Assembly: GCA_013416795.1 (NCBI GenBank)
Contig: RQSC01000029.1
Location: 291,248-355,247, forward strand
DNA length: 64,000 bases
Source: Prasinococcaceae sp. CCMP 1430
Taxonomy: Eukaryota > Plantae > Prasinodermophyta
Direction: 5' to 3'
Position numbers and translations under genes: made by a program. Under the pieces are notes generated by a model, which saw only the letters and a list, made by a program, of their open reading frames with translations, did not search any database and was not told where the DNA came from. This document shows, one piece after another, positions 39,967-52,312 of the stretch; the stretch's first letter is position 1, and each line of letters opens with the position of its first letter.

Positions 39967-41139
39967 TCAGAGATCCGCTGCCCGCCCGACGCCGCCAGCG
40001 TCAAGCAGCATGTGCTGCTTGAAGCACAGCGTGGCGGGGTCGTGCAAGTGATTCTTGCCAGTGGGCATGCTGCACGCGAGCCCGCTGGCGTCCGCAAGCG
40101 CTGGCTCGGCGGCCGCGTGCTTCGAGTGAGGCTCGGTGGCCAGCTGGCAGTAGTCCACCAGAGACACCTGCGACAGGGACACGCCGAGGTGCGTGTCGGG
40201 CGACATGCCAGGCTTGCTGAGCCGGCCGCCCACCCTGCGCATGGCGAGCGCGTGCGACAGTTTGCCGCTCAGCTCCGGACACGGCGCGTTCTGGAAGGCG
40301 TCGCCTCTCGACCCGGCGAGCGTGCGGCTCACGACGTCGGCGGTCTGCACCACCTCGTACATGTAGCCGCCGTACAGCGAGATGGCCGCCTTGTGGCGCT
40401 CGACCGAGCGGTCACCGCACGCGTCCTCCGCGACGGCGACGCGAAAGCCGGCGTTGAACGCGCCGAACACGGTGTGCTGGACGCACACCGACGTGATCAG
40501 TCCGCACACGATGATGGTGTGCACGCCCTTCGCGCGCAGGTCCGGCGTCAGGTCGGGCGCGTTCACGAACGCGCCGAACGTATCCTTGTCGACTGTGGTC
40601 TCGCCCGGCAGAGGGCTTGCCCACGGCTCCGTGGCGCGGGGGTCGACCTCGTACTGCTTGCGCCCGGGATTGAGGCGCTCGAACTGCGGCAGCCAGGGGC
40701 ACTGTTCGCGCGAGTACGCCGCGCGCACGTGGACGACCTCGGCGCCCGAATCGCGCGCGGCCGCGAGCAGCGCCGCCACGTTCTCGGGAAGGTGCGGGAA
40801 GTTCTCCCGCGCGGGCTCGCACTCCGTCCAGTAGACGGGCTGCAGGTCGACGAGCATGAGCGCCGTGCCCGGCCCCAGCGCCGCGGGCGGCGCGGGCGCC
40901 GTGCTGCCCGGCAGGGACGCGAGGTTTGCCTCCGACTGGATCGCGCGCATGCCGGTCATGCCACGCAGCCCGTCGAGACCGCCTGCGGACATGTGCCCGT
41001 GGTGCAGGGCTCGCGCCGCCGGCGGGCTCGCCGGGCTGGCAGCACCCGCAGGCCCATCGTGCCGCTCTGTGGAGTCGCCCGCCGCCGCAGCGCTCGCTGC
41101 AGGGGTGTGCCACGTGCTGCGCGAGGGCCACTCGTGCAC
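39967..41139 (-). CDS. Isochorismatase-family cysteine hydrolase with long low-complexity termini; 5' end may lie beyond the N at 41207
   Basis: Catalytic Asp (LVDLQ), Lys (DKDTFGAF) and Cys (GLITSVCVQHT), plus VAEDACG. Confidence 0.85.
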   Translation of the reverse strand: MHEWPSRSTWHTPAASAAAAGDSTERHDGPAGAASPASPPAARALHHGHMSAGGLDGLRGMTGMRAIQSEANLASLPGSTAPAPPAALGPGTALMLVDLQPVYWTECEPARENFPHLPENVAALLAAARDSGAEVVHVRAAYSREQCPWLPQFERLNPGRKQYEVDPRATEPWASPLPGETTVDKDTFGAFVNAPDLTPDLRAKGVHTIIVCGLITSVCVQHTVFGAFNAGFRVAVAEDACGDRSVERHKAAISLYGGYMYEVVQTADVVSRTLAGSRGDAFQNAPCPELSGKLSHALAMRRVGGRLSKPGMSPDTHLGVSLSQVSLVDYCQLATEPHSKHAAAEPALADASGLACSMPTGKNHLHDPATLCFKQHMLLDAGGVGRAADL

Positions 41140-41207
41140 GGCAGGCGCTTGCTCCGCGGCCAGCGGCGGCGGCAGAGCGGCGGCCGGCTGTGCGCGGGCC
41201 TGCAGAN

Positions 41208-41757
41208 GGCCAACTACAATGACCCGCTCATCGCCGAGGACGCCTCTGAGGTCCTGCAGGAATTAGTAGGCACCGCTGAGCACGCCGCAGCTGCTGTGCT
41301 CTCCCGTGCGGTGCCTGGCATTCGCTCGATGCTCACAAGTGGCAGCGCGAGCGCGAGTGGCAGCGAGGAAACTGGCATGCTCGAGGCGTCCCTGCACTTG
41401 CTTGCGTCCATTACTCGGCGGGCGCCGCCAGCCGCGGCGCGGGCAGCGTACGAGGAGCTAGCACCGGCGACTCTTGCGTGCGTGAGCAACGATGCGGACA
41501 GCGGCGTTGTCCAAGGCGCCTGCCAGGCGCTGCGCGCCTTCGTGCACGCTGCGGGCTCTGCGCAGGAACTTGCCGCATGGGCTGGTGGCGCTGCCATGCA
41601 GCACATGATCGAGTGCGCGTCCAGGTTGCTCGCGACTGGTGCGAGCGCCATGAGCGACAGGTCCATCATGTTCTCGGGAGGATTTTTGCGCACGCTGCTG
41701 GCGCGGCTGCCGGCAGGTGCCGAGGCAGACGGCGTGTCGTGCGCGATCGCGGGCACG
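41208..41757 (+). pseudogene. IPO9: Internal fragment of importin-9
   Basis: DPLIAEDASEVL, SLHLL, DSGVVQGACQALRAFV and SRLL...FSGGFLRTLLARLP match my recollection of importin-9 HEAT repeats. It starts at an N and ends abruptly in AT-rich DNA. Confidence 0.65.
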
Positions 41758-42577
41758 CAGCATTTCATCTCCGAAAATATTCCCTTGACATGGTTTTATG
41801 CATTTATACATGACGTCAATAAGGGGATTTCAACGCGCGCGCCGAACGGGTGGGTTTGTCGGTGGGTGGGTGGGTTGAGGACGGGGGAAAGGCGAGCGGG
41901 AACAGGCAGACAGACGGCCCGCATGCGTCCACGGAGGACGGAGCCGATGGACGAGCCGCACCGGCTGCAACCGTCGCGAGCCCGGGCTGGCGAGTGCCGA
42001 CCGACCGACCCCCCACACCACGCCGCTGGCCGACAGGCAGGCAGGCCGAGACCGTCGGGTGCAGCAGGGCCGCGGGTCGCGCGCTCGGTCGGTAGGTCGG
42101 CTCCGCAGCCACGTGACGGATGGAGTCGGCGGTCGATCCATGGTGGGTGGGTGTGGGTGTGAGCGGCCTGCTTGCGCGACCAGCGAGGGAGCGAGCGCGC
42201 GCCAGCCTCTCTGTCGGGCGGCCCCCGCGAACCGACATCCGACCGACCGACCGAGCGAGTGGCTGCGGCTATGCCTCTGCGCCCCCCACACCACGGACCA
42301 CACACAGCGCAGCTGTGCCCGCTTGCGCGCCGAAGGGGCGCGCGCCGCCAAGCCCCGCCGCCGCCGCCCCGCGCCGCATTCGTGTGCACTCGGGGTTACG
42401 GTATGGAATACCCGGGTATATACAGGAATACCCGGATTTATATGGACTAAGTCCCATCCTAAAGCCGAATGTCCATGGCCCATCCACGGAACTGACGTAA
42501 ATCCACCGAAGGAACATGCGCACTCGCCCTCACACCGCGAATTCGGGCGGCTCCGCAGAACTTTACTGTACGAAATG

Positions 42578-42590
42578 CCTAAACCCTAAA
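42578..42590. promoter_or_regulatory. Telo-box-like element (CCTAAACCCTAAA), one of many intergenic AAACCCTA/TAGGGTT motifs
   Basis: Related motifs occur at 121, 4574, 46065-46111, 52089-52106, 52165, 56093, 61009-61040 and 62431. Most are in intergenic AT-richer spacers; the one at 4574 is intronic. Confidence 0.5.
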
Positions 42591-43532
42591 ACCCAAAAGT
42601 CACAGATGCATTTTCAGCCCCGCGAACTTTTAACCCCGCGAACTTTTAACCCGCAATCCCTTTTTACTCATAGAGACTTTCCGCACCCCCGCCGCTGCGG
42701 CGAGGCGCCGTCGGCGAGGGGGGGGCCAAAAATCAGCCATGTTCGGGTTGCGGGACTTTTTTTTCAAATCCGTTTGATGACGGCGCCGCGGCGCCGCGCG
42801 CGTTTCGCGCGCGCGCCGAAGGGGAACTTTTCGATCAAAATCTTCTTTATTTTGCGTTGTACGCGCGCATTTCCGCGGAAAACGCCGCCGCGCGCCGACC
42901 GACGCCGACGCATTCGCAGCGCTCGCTCACCCTCCTGCACGTAACGGCCTCCGAAAAGGTGGTTGAAACAATTCGTGGCCCCAAATCCAACGGCACCACC
43001 GAGTCCATACACGAAGGGAAAAGGCGCGTTCGGTGTCGCGCCCGCAGCGTCCGCATCCTCCTCGTCGCCAGCGTTACGACACTCGCCCGCTCGGTCCGGC
43101 TCCTGCAGCTGTTTCATCGGTGTGCGTGCGTGGGTGCGGGCGCGGGCGTGGGGTGTGTTCCGAGTGCCTCGATAGAGAGTCCTACGCGCTCGCATGCGTT
43201 CGGCTCATCATCATCAAGCCACGATGGATGCGCGCGGCGTCGCGTGCTCAGCAGGGATATATTCGTCGAGGTGCGCTGCGTTGGGGAACAGTAGTAAGAA
43301 GCTTCCTGCGGCGTGCGCGCGCGCGTGCGCGCGGGTGTGCGTGCGTGCGGTCGCGTTGGGCCGGGGCGAGGTGAGGAGGCTCCACAGCCCCGCGCCCGGG
43401 CGAAGCGGCTCGCGCGCGGGCGTGTGGGCGCGAGATCGCCGGGCTCCGCGGAGGAAGAGACGAGACGCACGCGCGCGCGCACGCACGCACGTGCGCTCGT
43501 AGACGGGCCGCAGGCGGCGTGCGGGATCCACC

Positions 43533-45754
43533 ATGGGTGGGCGCGGGCGGCCCGGCTGGGAGCTCGTACGGGAGAGGCTTCTTCGGGGCGCGGGCGGCCG
43601 CGACGATGCCAGCTTGCCGGGCCGCGGCGGCGGTGACGACTGCGGCGGAGCGGCGGAGACGGCGCCGGCGCCGGCCCCCGCTGCGGAGGAGGCTCCGACG
43701 AGGGGCTCGTGCCACAAGTGCGGCCAGGCCTGGCATAGAGTACGGACTCTGCGCGCGAGAGCGAGCGAGAGCGAGAGCTAGAATATGTCTGTGTGTGTGC
43801 GCGCGCGCGTTCGTGTGTTTGTGTGTTTCCCGCACGCCCGTCGCGACCGCCCACCACCACGGAGACGCACACGCGCGCGCAGGGGCACGCCCACACTCGC
43901 GAATGCGCACAGCGGCGAGAGCGCCCGCACATGCGCTGACGTGCGCGCCATACGCGCGCGCGCGCACAGTCGCGCACAGGCACCATGCGGAGGTGCGACG
44001 TGTGCGGAGCCGTGTACCACGCGCACGACTGCGGTGGACGGCTGGAAGCCGTCGACGCGAGCCTCGTGGAGCGCTGCGAGGAGTGCCCGCGCTGCTCGGG
44101 TCTGTGCGCGTGTAACATCGGGGGGAAGGTGAGCTGCCGGGTCTCGGACCTGCGCATGTACATGCGCAAGAAGCGGAAGAGGGCGCGCGAGTTCGGGGGA
44201 GCGGCGGCATACGCGCGCGACGCGGTCGAAGCCTGCGCCTCTCCGGCTTCTGCGGGGGCAGGAGCAGCGGGAGCAGCGACTCCAGCAGCGACAGCAGCCG
44301 CGCCAAAAGCAGCACCACTCAAAAGTGCAGTACCGCCACTACTACTAGCAGGAGGAATGCCATGCACGGGCGCGGTGCCAGTGGCAGCACACCCCGCCCC
44401 GCATTTGGGGGGGGGAGCTGTGGCGAACGCCCAGCGAGTCGACGTCGGCGGTACCTTCGGCGCCGAGCCAGCCGCCCCACCGAGGGGCCTCTTGGAGGAG
44501 TTCGACGCGGCGCTCGAGGTGATAGACTTCTCAGTGCCCTCCACGAAGCCGCCGGCGCCCGGCGGTGGGGGCGGGAGCAGCGGCGCCGATGGCAACACTT
44601 GCAGCGGCTGGCGGCCTGAGGGCAGCGCCCGTGAGAGTGGGCTCAATCCGGGCGAAGTCTATAAGTTCGCGGGCGTCTCTGCGGCCACAGCGGCGGTCAC
44701 AGTGGCGCAGGTGGTGACGAGCGTAATGACCATGACCAACATCGACGGCGGCGAGGGCGGCGGGGGCGCCAGCGGCGAGCTCAGGCGGCTACTGAGGGAG
44801 GGCAACGCCAGCGCATACGTGGACGGCGCGGCGGCGGCTCAGGTGCTGGGACATAAGGGCGGGACTGAGGCGCGCCTCGAGGTCGCCCTGATCGTCGCGT
44901 CGCTGTTGCTGCAGCTCGCGGTTGTTTTGGTCTGGCACTACCGTCCCAGTGGTTGCAGGGGCAAGGGCCTCCTCGGAGACCTCAAGGCGAGCGTGCTCCT
45001 GATACGCCGCCCGCAGTGGGCCAGGCGCGCGTGCGCCATGGTGGAGCGCCGTGGCTGGCGGGTTCCTTTCTGTCGGGCGCGGTGCATTGGGATGCTTTTC
45101 ATCACTGCTTGCGTGTGGGTAACGGCGTTGCAGATGTGGCTGCCGGGTGCAAACGTGCGGACCGCGCTGGCCTTCTATGCGGCGCGTACAGCGACGGTGG
45201 CCATGATTGCTGCCATGATCATGTTTGGCAGCGATGGCTTCGACACCGGCCTGGAAGGTGGCTGCGTCCGCATGTCGCGCGTGGCGACTGCTGCGGTCGC
45301 GTGGGCGCTGCCGGCTGTGCTCGCAAGATCGGCGCTGCCGTGGTGGCAGCAGCTGGGCGTGCACGCGCTGTTCGCGCGTCACTGCGCGTTCAGCCTCGTG
45401 CTTCTTCCTTTGTCAGGCATTGGCAGCCTGGCTGAGATGCGGGCCATCCTTCGCGGCCGGGGGTCCTGCAACTGCGTCGTCGAACGCGGTGACAGCACGT
45501 CCCGTTTGTGCTCGCACCTTTGCACGCGGGCGGGCCTGGCGATGTTCCTGCTCACGCATATCGCCATGGTTACGGGACACGCGCTGCCGACCGCGGTCGA
45601 GGCGCTGCGGCCCGGCACCTTCGCGCGCACGCCCCAGCTCGTCGGGAGTGCGCCGCCGCCCGCGCAGCTCGCGGCCGCGGCCGCGCTTGTCGCGGGCCAC
45701 GCGCTCACGCTGCGCACCGCCCTCACGCTCGCGCGCCGCGGGCGCCTCGACTGA
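43533..45754 (+). CDS. Cys/His-rich Zn-finger, basic NLS and C-terminal multipass membrane region; intron 43740-43969
   Basis: Splicing GTACGG...CACAG joins CHKC to CDVC...HAHDC...CEECPRCSGLCAC. This is followed by MRKKRKR and roughly 6-7 hydrophobic segments. Confidence 0.65.
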
Positions 45755-46207
45755 GGGCCCGCCTCCTTCACGCTCCCGCGGCGATCTGTCGAGGGATCGA
45801 CGGAGACGGCACGCACACACTGCACACGCCAGCTGCAGGGCGCGGCGTTGAATCGTGGCGTCTGTCCGAGTCTCCCCAGGCACCCGAAGATCGTGGCGGC
45901 CTGCGACGACACCGACGACACCGCGCCGGGGATGAGCGCCGAGGAGGCCGGCGAGCCCTGTCATCAGCCTCAGCGTCGGAGGCCGCGGGCGCACTCTGTC
46001 ATCCCATCCATACCAAAAAAAAAAAAAAAAAAGTCCACGCGCCACCCCGACGCGAAACTTGTGTGGTTAGGGTTGAATCGAACCCTTAGGGTAAGAAGTA
46101 TTGTAGGGTTACTGTACATCCGGGCCTTGCGCCGCCCAGCGATCGGCGGCCTGCGTGTCTTATCCGCGAAAAAAAAGGCGCAAAAAAAAACCCCTCGCTC
46201 GCGTTGA

Positions 46208-47449
<1,242 letters not shown>

Positions 47450-47521
47450 CGCGCGCGCCCGCCTCGCGCCCGTGGGAGCTCGCTATTATGAAACATAACA
47501 ATTCGGCCAAACACCCCGCGA

Positions 47522-50020
47522 TCACCGCCGCGCCGCTACGTCCGCGCCCGCTATGTACGCCAGGATGCTCCCGAAAAAGCCGACACGGGGCTGCTCCGTC
47601 TCCTCGCCCTCGAAGTAGTCGTCTGGCAGGACAGCTGCGGCGGCCTGCTGCTGTCCGAGCGGCGCCGGCGGAGGGGCCGGCGCGGGCGCGCCTTGGGCGG
47701 TCGCGCGAGCGAAAGAATCGTCCACTTCCCGGCCGAGGCGGTTGATGGTCTCCGTGAGCTGCTCATTCTCCTCGAGCAGCTTTTCGATGACGCTCTGGGA
47801 GGCAGCGGCGGCAGCTTCGAGGGCGTCGGCCCGCTCCGTCGCCGCCACCACGCGTGCCTCGCCGCCGGCTTGGTCTGTGAGGCCGTGCACGCCGCCTGCG
47901 CTCTCGGCGAGGCGCTCGCGCAGCTCGGCGGCCTCCATGGACGCCAGCGCGCTCTGCTCCGTCAGGCGCTCAACCTCGAGGCGGAGCGCCGACTCGGCGA
48001 TGTGCGCGCGATCTCGCGCCGCCTCAGAGCGCTCGAGATCGCCCCTCAGCGCGTCAATCGCCGCGGCCTCAGAGGCCGCGGCCGGCGCGTCGGCACCGCC
48101 GTTCGCGCCCGTGCCGACTTCCGAGGCGACACGCGCCTGTAGCTCCGCGAGCGCCTGGTCGCGCTCGGCGGTCGCGTGCTCAAGCTCCGCGCGCAGCTCC
48201 GCCATCGTGGCGGGGGCAGCAGCGCCGGCGTGATCGCCATCAGCCGCAGTCGGAGATTCCGTGGCCCCCGCCTGAGCGCACTGCCGAAGCGCGGCGTCGC
48301 GCTCGGCGGTGAGCTCGGACACCACTGCCTCGAGGTCCACCAAAGCATTGGCATCGGCTCGGCGCGCCCCTTGGCTAGCGTCGAGCTCACGCATCAGATC
48401 GGCCACCCGCGCCTCTGCCTCTGCGCGCGCTCCCTCCGCTCTGTCGCGCTCATCACGGAGCTTCCCTAGCTCTGCTTCGGCGCGGCTTGCGGCCTCGCGC
48501 GCACTCACGCCCTCCGCCTCTGCCGCCGCGCTCGCCGCTCGGGCGGCCTCGAGCTCCCCCTGCAGCGCGGAGAGACCGGGGGGGGTGCCCTGTGCCCCGT
48601 CGCTCGGCCCGCTGTGCGCAGTGCCATCGCAGGCGCCAGGGCCGCCATCGCCGCTCTTGTCTTCGCTGCTCGTGTTATTATCAACACCCTCGGTGCTGCT
48701 GCCAGTGAGCATCAGCACCTTCTCGAGCGCCGCGATGCCCGACAGGTCACCCGCGGGGCTTCCGCTCGTGCTGCCCACCGAAGAGTGCTGGCGCGAGAGC
48801 GAGCCCGCTGCCGCAGGTCCGCGTGCCTGCTGCTGCCCTCCGCGGCCTTGTTCCGCAGCCTGTGATTGCGGCTGCAGCGACGCGTGCGTTGCGGCATGCA
48901 CCTGCATCTGCAGTTGTGGTGCGGTGGGCAGCGTACCGGCGCCCGCATGGCCGCTGCGAGCGGCTGCAGTGGCAGCGTGTCCGTGCGCTTGCGGGTGGCC
49001 CGCGCGTTTTTGCTCGAGGTCCCTCTTCGTGGCCTCCACAGCCGCCAGGCGCAGCGCGAGGGTGCCGCGCTCGCTCTCGAAGCGCGCGGCATCCTCGCGC
49101 CGCGCCGCCTCAGCCGCGTCGGCTGCCATGACGGCCTCGTCACGGGCGACCAGCGCCGCCATGAGCGACTCGGGGTCGATGCCCGTCGACTCTGCAGCCG
49201 CGCTCGCAGACGCGCGCGCCTCCTCGAGGTCCGCCTCGAGCTGGGCGATACGAGCAGACATCTCGCGCTCGCGCTCGCCGTGCTGTGCAGCCGCCTCGGC
49301 GACAGTCTGCGTGGCGCGTGCGGCCGCCTCGCGCTCAGCGGCGAGGCCCTCCTCCAGTGCTCGCTCGCGCGCGGCGGCGCGCGCGCCCGCGCTCGCGGCC
49401 GCCTCCTCCGCTTCGGCCGCAGCCCGCGCCGCGTTCGCACTCGCCACGCGCATGTCCTCCGTGCGCGCGGCCTCAAGCTCGTCGACGCGCGCGCGCAGCC
49501 TGTCGACCTCTTGCGTCTGTGCCTCGGACGCCTCGCCCGGCTGGGCCCGCTCCCTCCGCTCACGCTCAAGGCGCTCGGCATCGTCGGCGCGCTTGCGGAG
49601 CGTGGCGAACTGGGCGTCCATGGCAGTTGCGATGGCCGCCTGTGCGCTGAGCTCCTCGCGCAGCGCGTCCACCTCTAGCGACCGCGTGCGCGCATGCGCG
49701 GCCGCTGCCTCGCGCAGCTCGGCCTCGACGAGAGCGTGGCGGGTGCCCTCGGCCTCCATCTCTGACCGCAGCCGCGAATTCTCGGCCTCCGCCTCGGCGA
49801 GGCGCGCACCCAGCGACGCATCTGCGACCGCGCCCGTGTCTGCGCCCGCGTGCGAGTCTTCTCCAGCGTCAGTGCCTGCACCTGCGCTCGTGTCCGCATC
49901 TGCGCCCGCGTTTGTGTCCGCATCTGCGCCCGCGTTTGTGTCCGCATCTGCGCCCGCGTTTGTGTCCGCATCTGCGCCCGCGTTTGTGTCCGCATCTGCG
50001 CCCGCGTTTGTGTCCGCATC
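47522..50020 (-). CDS. BLISTER-like long coiled-coil protein; 5' part runs into the gap 50021-50470
   Basis: Coiled coil with C-terminal IEKLLEENEQLTETINRL and FFGSILAYIAGAD, resembling the recalled plant BLISTER C-terminus. The frame stays open upstream of 49759 through the DADTNAGA repeats. Confidence 0.6.
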   Translation of the reverse strand, partial: DADTNAGADADTNAGADADTNAGADADTNAGADADTNAGADADTSAGAGTDAGEDSHAGADTGAVADASLGARLAEAEAENSRLRSEMEAEGTRHALVEAELREAAAAHARTRSLEVDALREELSAQAAIATAMDAQFATLRKRADDAERLERERRERAQPGEASEAQTQEVDRLRARVDELEAARTEDMRVASANAARAAAEAEEAAASAGARAAARERALEEGLAAEREAAARATQTVAEAAAQHGEREREMSARIAQLEADLEEARASASAAAESTGIDPESLMAALVARDEAVMAADAAEAARREDAARFESERGTLALRLAAVEATKRDLEQKRAGHPQAHGHAATAAARSGHAGAGTLPTAPQLQMQVHAATHASLQPQSQAAEQGRGGQQQARGPAAAGSLSRQHSSVGSTSGSPAGDLSGIAALEKVLMLTGSSTEGVDNNTSSEDKSGDGGPGACDGTAHSGPSDGAQGTPPGLSALQGELEAARAASAAAEAEGVSAREAASRAEAELGKLRDERDRAEGARAEAEARVADLMRELDASQGARRADANALVDLEAVVSELTAERDAALRQCAQAGATESPTAADGDHAGAAAPATMAELRAELEHATAERDQALAELQARVASEVGTGANGGADAPAAASEAAAIDALRGDLERSEAARDRAHIAESALRLEVERLTEQSALASMEAAELRERLAESAGGVHGLTDQAGGEARVVAATERADALEAAAAASQSVIEKLLEENEQLTETINRLGREVDDSFARATAQGAPAPAPPPAPLGQQQAAAAVLPDDYFEGEETEQPRVGFFGSILAYIAGADVAARR
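49891..50020 (-). repeat. 24-bp perfect tandem repeat (at least 5 copies) encoding DADTNAGA, continuing into the gap
   Basis: TGCGCCCGCGTTTGTGTCCGCATC x5 at 49901-50020. Confidence 0.95.
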
Positions 50021-50470
50021 NNNNNNNNNNNNNNNNNNNNNNNNNNNNNNNNNNNNNNNNNNNNNNNNNNNNNNNNNNNNNNNNNNNNNNNNNNNNNNNN
50101 NNNNNNNNNNNNNNNNNNNNNNNNNNNNNNNNNNNNNNNNNNNNNNNNNNNNNNNNNNNNNNNNNNNNNNNNNNNNNNNNNNNNNNNNNNNNNNNNNNNN
50201 NNNNNNNNNNNNNNNNNNNNNNNNNNNNNNNNNNNNNNNNNNNNNNNNNNNNNNNNNNNNNNNNNNNNNNNNNNNNNNNNNNNNNNNNNNNNNNNNNNNN
50301 NNNNNNNNNNNNNNNNNNNNNNNNNNNNNNNNNNNNNNNNNNNNNNNNNNNNNNNNNNNNNNNNNNNNNNNNNNNNNNNNNNNNNNNNNNNNNNNNNNNN
50401 NNNNNNNNNNNNNNNNNNNNNNNNNNNNNNNNNNNNNNNNNNNNNNNNNNNNNNNNNNNNNNNNNNNNNN
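50021..50470. other. Assembly gap
   Basis: N-run. Confidence 0.99.
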
Positions 50471-50734
50471 GCGTCTCCGCGCCAGGCGGCGGGGGCCTCG
50501 CGCGGCGCGGGCGGCGCGTGGCCCGGCCGCGAGGGTATGAAGTGGCGGACCCGACGCTGTCCTCTGTGCTTAAAGTATTCACGGATCCTCGTAGGCACCC
50601 GCGCGCGCGCGGCAGTGCGTCGGCACTGGCGGCGCTGAGGTGCCCCACATGTCTGCCCCCTCCTCGTGGTGCGGTCGCTGCGGTCCCCGCGCGAGCCGTG
50701 GTATACGGCGCGCACGGTCGGTCACCAGCCAACC

Positions 50735-51373
50735 CTAGTGCTCCTCGTCCTCGAACAGGGCACTGACCAGCCTCTCGACGAGGTCGGCCTTGCGCCCGCT
50801 CACTGGCAGGCCATGCGCGCGCAGCTCGCTCTTGAGCTCGACGACCTTGAGCTGCTTCAGCCGAGCGCGCACCTCAGTGGCGTCGATGACAGTGTCGCCG
50901 TCCATGTTGTCAAACTGGATGGGCTCGCCGTCTGACTCTGACTCGGAGCACGAGCTGTCGGCGGGATCCGCGTCGGCGGGTTCCACGTCTCCCGTGGCGG
51001 CCACGGCCTCCTCGAGGCTCATGCCGAGCTCGCTCACGCCGTTGGCCCCAGCCTCGAACAGCACCTCTTCGGTCTCGCCGTCCTCGAGGGCGAATTCGTC
51101 AGCGGGCGTCGCCGCCGCGCCGGCGTCCTCCGCCTGGGAGGAGGAGGACGCCTCAGCGGCGCCCGCCTCGGCCTCGGCGGCGCCCGCCTCGACCTCGGCA
51201 CCGGTGCTCACCACGCGCCCGGCGCCCTCCCACACGTCGCACACCTGCAGGCGCGGAAGACCGACGCCCGGGCAGAGCTCGAGGTTGTCTCCCGGTTGCC
51301 AGTCGTGTATTTTGCCCGAAGCGTCGTCGATCTTCACGTATTTGTACTCGATGGTCTCACCAGCAGGGATTAT
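50735..51373 (-). CDS. Last exon of a CBM20 (starch-binding) + acidic linker + SAP-domain protein; 5' exon lost at the N at 51511
   Basis: C-terminal half of CBM20 (PAGETIEYKYV...WQPGDN...DVW) and a canonical SAP motif (LKVVELKSELRAHGLPVSGRKADLVERL). Acceptor GTGCAG at 51374. Confidence 0.8.
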   Translation of the reverse strand: MIPAGETIEYKYVKIDDASGKIHDWQPGDNLELCPGVGLPRLQVCDVWEGAGRVVSTGAEVEAGAAEAEAGAAEASSSSQAEDAGAAATPADEFALEDGETEEVLFEAGANGVSELGMSLEEAVAATGDVEPADADPADSSCSESESDGEPIQFDNMDGDTVIDATEVRARLKQLKVVELKSELRAHGLPVSGRKADLVERLVSALFEDEEH

Positions 51374-51511
51374 CTGCACGCGCAGGAGCGGCCGCGCGCG
51401 CGCAGGAGCGGCCGCGCGCGCGCGAGCGGTGGCGCGGCAAGCACACCAGCGCGCGTCGCAGGCGCGCGCGTCAGCGCTCTGCCGCATTCGCACCGTCGCG
51501 AGAGCGGCGGN

Positions 51512-51859
51512 CGCTGGAGCAACGAGATCCAAGAGGCCGTGCACTCGAAGTCGCCGCTCGTGCAGTTCCACGCGCTCGCGCTGCTGCACCAGATCCGCTC
51601 GAACGACCGCCTGGCCATCTCGAAGCTGGTGAGCTCCCTCACGCGCGGCACGGTGCGCTCGCCGCTCGCGCAGGTGCTGCTCGTGCGCTACACCGCGCAG
51701 GTGATAAGCGAGTCCACGCCGCCCTCCGACGGCTCCGACCGCCCGTTCTTCGACTTCCTCGAGAGCTGCCTGCGCCACAAGGGCGAGATGGTCATCTTCG
51801 AGGCGGCGCGCGCGATCGTCAACATGCGCGACGTCACCTCGCGCGAGCTCGCGCCCGCG
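51512..51859 (+). pseudogene. COPG: Internal fragment of coatomer subunit gamma
   Basis: RWSNEIQEAV...VQFHALALLHQIRSNDRLAISKLV...FLESCLRHKGEMVIFEAARAI is highly conserved gamma-COP. It stops after ELAPA with no splice donor. Confidence 0.9.
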
Positions 51860-52312
51860 CACCCTCGCCCGCACGCACGCGCGGGTCTCGGCCCTGCACC
51901 CCGCCGCCGCGTCCGGCCGGCCGACATTTTCCGGCGTTTTTTCGCGCGGCCAACGCCTGCGTTTCGGTGCCGAAACGCGGGCGTCGCGCGCGCGCTTCGC
52001 CGCGGGATCTCCCTTTTGGGGGGGTGGGAGGGAGCCTTAGCCGGCCCGTCGCCGCCCTAAAAAAAAAAAAAAAAACGCGGTGCTCGAGTAGGGTTCCTAC
52101 CCTAAATGTCGACTGCGCGGTGAGTCCCGTGTTTTCCAATTCAGCGTCCCGCCATGGTCCACGAAAACCCTAACCTGCGCGCGCGCGCGCGCGCGCGCGC
52201 GGGCGTTTTCGAAATCGCTTCGGGCGAAAATCCGCCGGATTTCGCGCGCGGTTTTCGCGCGGTTTTCGGCGCGCGGCGGTGCGGGCGGGCGGGCGCACAC
52301 GACGCCACAGGC

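Noticed and set aside
39751-42162. 803-aa plus-strand ORF
   Set aside because: It is a chimera of the antisense of the isochorismatase gene and the importin-9 fragment, read through an N.
42764-43294. Small ORFs in the 41.8-43.5 kb spacer
   Set aside because: No recognisable motif or splice structure, and competing ORFs exist on both strands.
48309-50540. Long plus-strand ORF and other ORFs spanning N-runs
   Set aside because: These are antisense to the coiled-coil gene or are artificially extended through gaps. High GC makes long shadow ORFs common.
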